The notes under the pieces: generated by a model
Seen by the model: only the letters and a program-made list of their open reading frames with translations
Database searches by the model: none
What the model was told of the DNA's origin: nothing
Made by a program: the position numbers and the translations under genes
Part shown: piece by piece, positions 42,359-54,917 of the stretch
Numbering within the stretch: position 1 is the first letter of the stretch
Layout: each line of letters opens with the position of its first letter
Assembly: GCA_000004695.1 (NCBI GenBank)
Contig: CM000152.2
Span: 2,816,001 to 2,880,000, forward strand
Direction of reading: 5' to 3'
DNA: 64,000 nt
DNA from: Dictyostelium discoideum
Taxonomy: Eukaryota

Positions 42359-43637
42359 AAAAATAAAATAGAAAAAATTTGAAAGTATGGTCCATTTTGG
42401 ATTTTACTTTTTTTTTTTAATGATAATTTTTTTAAATCTCGAAAGACAACCAATTCCAAATGGAAAAATAAAATCTAAACCTAAATTAATTTATAAATTA
42501 ATTTCTTTTAAATAACAATAATAATTTAAAGACAAAAAAAAAAGTTATTTTTAATAAAAAAAAAAGAGAAAATAAATATTATTTATAAAGTTTTTTTTTT
42601 TTTTTATTTTTTTTTTTATTTCCTATGCGGCTCTCCTTTGTTTTTGAAAATGAAATTATTTTTTTTTTTTTAATTATTTAAATGGTAATAAAAATAAAGA
42701 AAAATAAAAAAAAAAAATTACTAGGAGTAGTAGTACCCAGCTATCTCAAATACAAAGCAACATCATACCGCTACTATTACTATCATTATCATTATTATTG
42801 CCATTACCACCATTACCACTACCACACTATTATTACATTATTATTACCATACCACCATTATTATTATTATTACTACTACTATTAACATTACCACATTATT
42901 ATTATTACCACGATTATTACTATTACCATTATCATCAGCAATATATAAAAAAAAAAGATTCAATAGACTGACATATAGAATTTTCAATTTTGTACTGTTG
43001 TTCCAATTCTTGTCTCAGTTTCAATTTACAAATGTTCAATCACAGTAGAAATTATTTGGTACATGCCTTTATCGTTTTCTATCTTTTTCTTTTTCTTTTT
43101 TTTGTTGTTCTCTATGTTTTTCATTCTCTTTTTCGCAATGCTGTTGAAGATGATGGTGATGATGTTTATCCTCTGATCTAATTATTATTATTATTATTAT
43201 TTTTATTGGGAAAGGTTATGGTTGTTGATTTTGTTGGTGTTATTATTATAGATGCTTCTTTATTACTACTACTAAACCTTCATTTTTACTGGTTGTTTTT
43301 AATTAAAACAAAAAGAAAAGAAAAGAAAAAATAAAAAAATAATAAGTTTTGGATTGTTGTTTGGTTTTTTTTTTTTTTTTTTTTTTTTCCAAAAACCCAT
43401 TAAAAAATTTTTCCACCCCCCAAATTTTTTTAATTATTTGAAAAGTTTAATAGTTTTGGTATTTGATGTCTAGTTTTAATTTTTTGTTTTTTTTTATCTT
43501 AGGATAATAAAAAAAAAAAAATAAGAAATAAAAAAAAAAAAAAAAGAATGGATGTTGTTGTTTTTTTTTTTTTATTTTCACAAAAATAGCATTCATATAA
43601 TTTTTTTTATTTAATTGTTTAGCTCTTTGAAAGAACA

Positions 43638-46328
43638 ATGACAAAATTAATTACAATATTAATATTTTTTTTTTTATTATTTAATGTTATTAAAAGTTCT
43701 TCAACTGACCAAAGTATGTAGGAAAAAAAAAATAAAAAAATAAAAAACAAAAAAAAAAAAAACTTATATTTAAAAACTTTTTTTTTTTTTTTCATATTTA
43801 TTAAGATTGCTTGAATACTCTTAAAAATCAATTAAATGTAAAAGAATGTATAATTTGCCAAAAGGAAAATTGCATAAATACATTTGAATCATGTATTTCT
43901 GGTGATGAGGAAAATTTAAGTGTGTAGGTTTAAATTAATAAATAAAATAAATAAAAAAATAAATAAAAAAAAAATAAAAAAAAAAAAAATAAATAAATAA
44001 ATAAATAAATTAATAAATTATTATTATCACTAATTTTTGAAAATGTAATTTTTTTAATAGATTCTTAGACCAAATTCCAATTGATAGATTTGATCCTACA
44101 TGTTTTAAAAAGGTCAAAGAATTAACCATAAAAAACTTGAATTTTACAGAGTATTTGGATTCATTCAATGGTACATCTATTTCACTTATTGATTGTACTT
44201 ATGATAATTTAAATTCAATTAAGCATAATAAGATATATTTAACACATCTAAATATTACTAATTTAAAAACACAAGAGATTGGGGATATTGCTATTAATTT
44301 TATTAAAACCTTAATAGGATTTAAATCTATTTCTTATTTTTCATTTACTTTCAGTAATATTATCGGGGATTTCTCTGAATTCACGGCCGTGTTGGAAAAT
44401 TTAGAAATTAAAAGTTTTGAAATAAATAATAATCAACTTGTTGGAACTATTAATTCATCATGGTGTAATACCCTTTTAAAAATTAATAATAACAAGTTAT
44501 CCGGTGAATTACCATCTTGTTTTACATGTCATATTTATAGTGATTACGTTAAAAGTATGATTATTACTGGAAATAAATTTACAAATGAAAATCCAATAGC
44601 AGATTGTAAAACTTTAAAACCAAACCTTTTTTATAATTCCACTAGTCGCGAACTGTATCTCTATGGTAAAGATTTAGGTTTTATATCTGATGATATTAAA
44701 AATGATAAATATACTTTCAATTTAGAGAAACCTTCGAAATTATTTATAGCAACTAATGTAAATGAATCAGATTTACCAAAATATTTAAATATTACCTTTT
44801 CAGGAGCAAAAAAAGAATTTTCATTATCTACAACCAAAATAGCACCAATTGTATCCTCGATAACAATTTCAGAAATATTAGATTCAATAACCTTTACTGG
44901 AACAAATTTAAATGATCCACCACCAATTTCAATCTTGATTGGTGATAAAAATTACACAGACCTAAATTTTAATTTTAATCAAGTCCAATGTAAAATTCAA
45001 AGATTAAGTTATGATGATGATTTTGTAATCGTTAAAATTATTAATGGAGATGATTTTTACAAATTCAGTACTACTATATATACATATATAAACCAAAGCA
45101 TACAAGTTGATTATTGTTCAAAAGTTTGTAAAAAACTTGATGATGGTGTTTGCATTAAAATAAAAGAATATTGTGGTGGTGGAAATATAATATCAAATTC
45201 TTGTACTTCTTCAACAGCAGGCGGTTGTAATTGTTCAAATGATTTTCAAAATTCTTTTTGTTCCTATATACCTTGTCCTATGGATTGTAATTCTGAATCT
45301 AACCAAGGTATATGTAATTATCAAACTGGTAAATGTGAATGCCTACCATATTACCAAGGTCTGGATTGCTCTTTACCAAATAAACCCTGTAATACCAATT
45401 GTAGTTTTGATTCCGATCAAGGTAAATGTAATACTCAAACTGGTAATTGTGAATGCTCACCAAATTTCCAAGGTAAAAATTGTGAATTACCATTAAAATA
45501 TTGTTCATCAGACTGTAGTGCACCATTAAATAAAGGTTTTTGTAATGATCAAACTGGTATTTGTCAATGTTTTCCAAATTATCAAGGTTCAGATTGTTCT
45601 TTACCATTAAAAGTTTGTACATCAGATTGTAGTTTCGATTTAAATCAAGGCTGGTGTAATAATCAAACTGGTACTTGTCAATGTAAACCAAATTATCAAG
45701 GTTCGGATTGTAAAACTCCATCACATTATATTACATCAGTTATTCCATGTTCAATTGATGGTGGTGAAGTTTTAATTAATGGTTGGTTTGGTAATAATAA
45801 TGATGGTACAAATTTACTATCATCATATAATATTGTTATAGGTAGTTTAGATTGTATTGTTACATCAATTAATGAAACAGAAATTAAATGTAATCTTGGA
45901 GCAGGTACCGGTACAAAAAATATTAAAATTATAAATTCAATTAATCCAAATGTAATTTTCAATGGTAATGGATTATTTAATTATCAAAATCCAATTAAAA
46001 CTTGTCCAAATAGTTGTACAAGTTTAAATAATGGTAACTGTAATTCAAATACAGGTGAATGTCAATGTAATGATAAATTTAGAGGTTTCGATTGTAGTAC
46101 ACCAATTAAAATCATTGAAAGTGCACCATCAACAAATACATCAATCAATAAAGAAACAGGAGGTATAGAACTTACCAATCAAGATACAATATATGAAATT
46201 TCAATTATATCATTAAATGAAATTTCAATTGATGGTTCAATTATAAAATCATATCAATTAAAAGACAATTGGTCAATTTATAATATAAATGATGAATCAA
46301 CAACAAAAAGAACAACAACAACAAAAAG

Positions 46329-46380
<52 letters not shown>

Positions 46381-47067
46381 GATTTCAATAATATATTCAT
46401 GTTTTCACAAAAATTAATTAATAATACATGTAAAATTACTTATACCATAGAAGAGATTAAATTAAAAGATAAGAACTTTACATTTGGAACAACAACGTTT
46501 AAAGTTGAAAAAGATTCAATAAAATTATCAGTTTTAATTCAAGATTATCAATATCAAAGTTCATTAAATACATTACAATTAATATTTTATTCAGCAGTTG
46601 GAAATGATTCAAATTCTAACAATGATGATTGTAATAAACAAGATACATCAATTGATACATCAAATGCAAATAATCAACAAATTTCAAATTATATTCAAAT
46701 TTCTAAAAATTCAAAAACATTAGTCGGTCGTTTCATTAATCAAGTCATTGCAGATTCAAGATCAACTTTTATGTCAAGTACAATTATTAAAGATAATGTA
46801 AAATCATCATCAATTATGTTAGGATTAAATCTACCACATTGTAAAGAATGTTTAATTGATCCAGACTTTTCAGTTTTGGTTAGTCCAGATTTTAAAGAAT
46901 CATGTAATGAATCAACAAATAAGAACAAATGGTTTATACCAGTCATTGTCGTTGCACCTGTGGTAGGTTGTGCTGCAATTCTTACTCTATCTATTGTTTT
47001 GTATAGAAAGAACAAATATAACATTAAAATTGCTTCTGAAAAATTAAAATCTTTGAAAAGGAAATAA
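43638..47067 (+). CDS. Array member E: three-exon paralog (~43638-43714, ~43809-43921, ~44063-47067) with 6+1 EGF-like repeats and a poly-Thr insertion; it lacks the introns that separate exons 3, 4 and 5 in A-D
   Basis: Signal peptide is MTKLITILIFFFLLFNVIKSSSTDQ. Donors are GTATGT and GTAGGT. Exon 3 runs without interruption into ORF 44137-47067 (976 aa). The N-terminal half is strongly diverged but keeps the GELPSCFTCHIYS / LPNLFYNSTS..LYLYGKDLGF framework. There are extra Cys-rich repeats at 45240-45720. (ACA)n encodes TTKRTTTTKRT(T)17 at ~46300-46380. The 3' 1.3 kb is nearly identical to A-D. Confidence 0.75.
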
Positions 47068-47379
47068 TCAAAAAAAAAAAAAAAATATGAAAAGACAACA
47101 AATTCCAAATGTTGGAAAAATAAAATCCAAACCTCAAATTAAATTTTAAATTTAAACAAATAATTTAAAAACGAAAAAAATAAAATTATTTTTCACTAAA
47201 AAAAAAAAAAAAAAATAGAAAATAAATATTTATTTGCAAAGGTTTAAAGTTGGTTTTGATTTTTTTTTTTTTTTTTTTTTTTTACTTTTGATTTTTTTAT
47301 TTTCTATGAGGCTCTCCTTGAAAATGAAATTATTTATTTAAATGGACAATAAAAAAATAATTTAAAAAAAGTTTGGAAA

Positions 47380-47535
47380 CAAATCCAATTATAGATTGCG
47401 ATGTTTTAAATTTATTCTTCAAATAAACCATATAGAGTTGAAAAGATTGTTACAGATTTACCATTTGTGTGATAACAATGAGTTGCGTCAATCAACTTTA
47501 GAACGTAGATTTCATTCTATAGGGTGGCTTGTTGA
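47380..47535 (-). repeat. Dispersed repeat, copy 2 (inverted relative to the copy at 14990-15185), a fragment with AT-rich DNA on both sides
   Basis: The reverse complement, 'gaaaaataaataaacaaaatctcaacaagccaccctatagaatgaaatctacgttctaaagttgattgacgca...ggatttgtttccaaac', aligns with 14990-15180 at ~85% identity and has one 8-bp indel. Confidence 0.7.
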
Positions 47536-48347
47536 GATTTTGTTTATTTATTTTTCTTTTTATTTTTAATATTATTATTATTTATAATTTATTATTTAAT
47601 ATTTAATTTTTTTTTTTTTTTTATTTTATTTTTTTTATTTATTATTTATTATTTATTATTTAATATTTATTATGTATTTGTTATTAGTATTAGTTTTAAA
47701 CTAAATATTTAGATCTAAAAATACATACCATTTATGATGAGTTTATTAATTATTTAAATAATTTGTTGAATAGATTGATAAAATTATTTAATGTTATTGG
47801 AAAATATTTATTTATAAGTTTCTTATTAAATAAGTCAAAGGAGATAAAACGAATAATGATATGATGGACATATTGTGGTGGATTGTTTAATAAAAAATTG
47901 AAATTGTTTTCAAATAATATTTTAATAATTAAAATGATATTATTGAAATGACTATTTTTTATTGTTATTTTATCTGTACTGATAGAATCCTTTACTGGGA
48001 AATATCTCTTCACCTTTTTTGTACTGGTTATATATACCATTCTAATATTATATATTGATGTAATACATATAAAAAAAAAATTGAATAGACACACAGTAAA
48101 TAGTGTAAGTTGTTTTGAAAAATTTAAATTTAAATTAATTGTTTTTTTTTTTTTTTTGATTTCCCATGATAAAGACATGTGTTTATACATACTTACTTTA
48201 AATATAAAAAAATTATTATTTTCCTCAAAATGCACAATATTTTTTTTAAAAAAGAGAAAATAAATATTTATTTACAAAGTTTTTTACTTTTTTGTTCTTG
48301 AAAACGATATTATTTACAAAGGATTAAAGTGGTCTTGATTGATTTGA

Positions 48348-51597
<3,250 letters not shown>

Positions 51598-53174
51598 TGA
51601 TTATTATTATTTTACTTTTTTATTTTTTTTATTTTTTATTTTGAACAAGTATTTTTTTTATTTATATTATTCTTTTTTTTTTTTTTTTTTTTTTTTCCTT
51701 TGATTTCTAAAAAATTATTAAAATAATTGGATGTTATTACTTATTATTTTAAAAAAAAAAAAAATTAAAAAATAAAAAAAAAACAATGATAAAATTTAAA
51801 TTGTATTTAATAAAAAAAAAATTAAATAATTAAATAATTATTAAATTATAATAGTAATAATATTATTTTCTATAAAGTTGGTCGGTGTGCGTATTTTAAA
51901 TAATAAAAAAAAAAGTTTTTTTTTTATTTTTCTTTTTTTTTTTCTTTTTTTTTTTTTTTTTTGAATGAAAAAAAGAAAAATGTTGTTGGTGTGTGGTTGT
52001 GAGTGGGTCAATTTGTAGAATGTTTCAAATGTTATTGTTGTTGTTATAATTATTAAATAAAAATAAATAAATATTTCATCTCCAAAAAACCAAAAAAAAA
52101 TAATAAAAAAATAATAAAAAAATAAATAAAAAAATAAATAAAAAAATAAAATAAAAAAAAATAAAAAAAAAAAATAAAAAAAAATAAAAATTAAAAATTT
52201 AAGAAAAAAAATTTATTGAAAATTTTATGGTTTAAAACAATAGAATTGTTTATTTATGAATGTATTGAGATTAATGAGTTTGAGTGAATGAATAAATGGT
52301 TGTGGTTGTGGTGGTGGTGGTGGTTGTGATAATAACTATTATTTATGAATTAAAGACAAAAAATAACTTTTTTTTTTTTTTTTTTTTTTTTCCTCCAAAA
52401 TAAAAAATAAATTACTTTATAATTTATCTTTCTTTATTTTAATTAATTTTATTTATCATTAAAAAAATTTTAAAATTATAAATTAAAATATTATTTAATT
52501 ATTTAATTATTTAATTATTTTTTTATTTTATCTTTTTATTTTTTTATTTTTTTTTTAAAAGTTGACTATAGACAGTTATGTACAATTGTATATTTATCCA
52601 CAAATATATAAATGTGATTATTATTTATTTATTTATTTTTTTCTTTGCAAATAATTTTTTTTTTTCTTTTTTTTTTTTTTCTTTTTTTTTTTTTTTTTCT
52701 TTTTAAATTTTTTATTTTTTTTTTATTTTTTTATTTTTTTAATTCTTTAATTGTTTTGCCAAATGAAGAGAATTGGAGAAGTGTGGTGTGTGTTATTTTT
52801 AGTGTTTTTTTTTAACAACTAAAAAAAAAAAAAATTTAAAAAAAAACAAAAAAAATAAAAAAAAATAAAAAAATGTCATGTCGTGTTTTTAAAAATTATC
52901 ATCATACATTTTATTGAATGTGAAAACAACAAAACTCACACACAAACACACTCCCAATTCAATCTTGCTAGAATCTTAAAAAAATGAAAAAAAAAAAAAA
53001 TTTTTTTTTTTTTATATTATAAAAATAACCATATAAAAATAATCTATCACTAAACACACAAAAACACAAAAAAATTATAACCCACAAACACTTTGAAATA
53101 ATATGATATTATATATATAACACAAACACTTTGGGGCAAATTATAATTTTTTTTGTATATCTATATTAAAAAAA

Positions 53175-53205
<31 letters not shown>

Positions 53206-53745
53206 AAAAAAAGAAAATAATTAAAAAATTAAAAAATTAAATTGAATAATTAAAAAAAATTAAATTAAATAAAAAAAAAAAAATTATTTCAAATAAAAAA
53301 AAAGAAAAAAAATAAAAAATAAATTAAAAAATTAAATAAATTTTGATATCATCATAAATTAAATGTATACAGTATTATTATTTTTTGATTTTGATTTTAT
53401 TTATTTTTTTAAAAGTTTTTTTTGGATTACTTTTTTTTAATTTCAAACTTGTAATTATTTAAATGATGGTGTTATCATATTTGTATAAATAATAATTTTA
53501 TAATTTTTTTTGTTTTCTTTATGACGTTTATACCATCATCATCATCATCAAAAAATAAAATCATTTAATAATATTGACCATTACCTTCACACTATGTCAC
53601 AAATTATTTTAATCATCACCATCTCCAAAATAAAATTATTTTAATAGTTTTTTTTTTATTTAATTTTACAAAAAGGTTTTTATAATCAAAATCGAATAAA
53701 AAAAAAAAAAAAAATAATAATAATTATAATTCAAAAATATGATTA

Positions 53746-53787
<42 letters not shown>

Positions 53788-53876
53788 AAAATATTCTTAA
53801 AATTATTATATATTTTTGGTGTTTAATAAAGTAAGAATTTTGGGTTTATGGATTTTTTTTTTTTGGTAATCAGAAA

Positions 53877-53913
<37 letters not shown>

Positions 53914-54033
53914 TAATTAATCGTATATATATATATATATTTTTTTTTGAATCATCTCACAATTTGAATCATTTATTAATTAATGTTTTAAAAAACAAAA
54001 ACAAGATGAATAAAAAAAAAAAAAAAAAAATTG

Positions 54034-54072
<39 letters not shown>

Positions 54073-54184
54073 ATAATAATTATTTTATTTTTAATTTTAT
54101 AAATTAAATAAAATAGTATTATTAATGATGATATAATTATAATATTTTTATTTTTTTTCATAAAAATTAATTTCATTTGTTGTT

Positions 54185-54350
54185 ATTGGTTAGAGAGTGT
54201 TGTTACCTCTTTGGTTCCAACAAAAATGAATTGATCAAAAGATAATGCTTAACCACAAGCTTTGACGATTCTTGAACGAGCAGTTTCAGTGAATCTTAAT
54301 GATTAAACAAACAGTGAGTAGTCTAATCTATATTTTTTATTTTCAATTAA
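54185..54350 (-). pseudogene. Genomic fragment of rpl18 covering the last ~30 bp of intron 3 plus most of exon 4; ~85% identical to 22150-22330
   Basis: The reverse complement reads 'gattaattgaaaataaaaaatatag attagactactcactgtttgtttaatcattaagattcactgaaactgctcgttcaagaatcgtcaaagcttgtggttaagcattatcttttgatcaattc...ggtaacaacact'. The rpl18 gene reads 'gattaattgaaaataaacaaaatatag attattagactgcccaaaactcactgtttgtgcattaagattcactgaaactgctcgttcaagaatcgtcaaagctggtggtaaagcattatctttcgatcaattc...ggtaacaacact'. Intron sequence is included, so this is a DNA-level copy rather than a processed one. Confidence 0.7.
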
Positions 54351-54384
54351 TCCTTAATTAATTTCTGTTTTTTTGTAAAGGATG

Positions 54385-54760
54385 TGGGTTTACCATTAAT
54401 TTCTATATTTGAAATAAGTTATTATTTCATCAATTGATATTAAAATACTTCCTGGTACGAAACCTTTCTGATTATTGCTAATAGTTTTTGGGTGAATGGG
54501 TATTAATCTATTATTGATTGCTAATGATTGAATTTTATATTTACAGTTTGCCAGAGTGACCAGTCTCCAGTTTTTTTTTAGTTCTAGATAACCTTCTTTG
54601 GAATTGAGACAACCAGTCTTTTTTTATATTCATTTTTGATGAGACACGGATTCTTTAATGTGCTTCCAAATTGAATCAATTCAAAAGACTTTTTTTGAGT
54701 TTGAGGATGAGCATTTAATCAATGTAGAAAGTGTAATGAATTGTTTAATATTAAAAAGTT
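54385..54760 (-). mobile_element. Diverged fragment of a TRE3-like element (reverse-transcriptase region) lying beyond the poly(A) end of the full-length copy
   Basis: 54455-54560 (tcctggtacgaaacctttctgattattgctaatag...ttttatatttacagtttgccagagtgaccagtctcc) aligns at ~75% with 56893-57020 inside ORF2 of the full-length element (gcctggtacgaaacctttttgattgtggttgatcac...ttttatatatacagttagccagtgtaattggtcttc). The fragment has no intact ORF. Confidence 0.5.
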
Positions 54761-54788
54761 TTTAACAGCATTCATATAATATTATTTA

Positions 54789-54819
<31 letters not shown>

Positions 54820-54917
54820 TGGATTAACAAGATTGATATATGTCCATCTGTGTTAATACGAGTTTTTATTTAATATTTATTTATAGGCTTATCATTTAAG
54901 CTGAAGGGTTATTTTAA

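Noticed and set aside
42682-42885. ORF encoding YYYYHYHYY... over an imperfect (ATT/ACC/ACT)n array at 42700-42960
   Set aside because: A degenerate trinucleotide repeat. Both strands give only low-complexity peptides, so it is better described as simple sequence.
42990-43181. 63-aa plus-strand ORF in a mildly AT-poor patch (42960-43270) upstream of array gene E
   Set aside because: There is no splice-compatible continuation, and it has a hydrophobic low-complexity composition (FLFLFFVVLYVF). It is possibly a decayed fragment. The evidence is too thin to call a gene.
25134-47067. Regularly spaced ~4.3-kb repeats that could superficially suggest a repeat array or CRISPR-like periodicity
   Set aside because: The repeat units are complete spliced protein-coding genes in a eukaryotic AT-rich genome. 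There are no short direct repeats with unique spacers.
47750-48235. 161-aa minus-strand ORF in AT-rich DNA between the array and the E3 ligase gene
   Set aside because: It has about 90% A+T, Asn/Ile/Lys/Phe-dominated composition and no splice-consistent extension. This is typical of a chance ORF in dictyostelid intergenic DNA.
53988-54176. Small Ile/Phe/Lys-rich ORFs in homopolymer-rich intergenic DNA, also 37556-37738, 38236-38436 (minus), 43447-43831 and 16938-17150
   Set aside because: They span A or T homopolymers and are chance frames. The 38258-38455 plus ORF overlaps the real exon 1 of array gene D, but the protein continues by splicing and not through the poly-Lys read-through.
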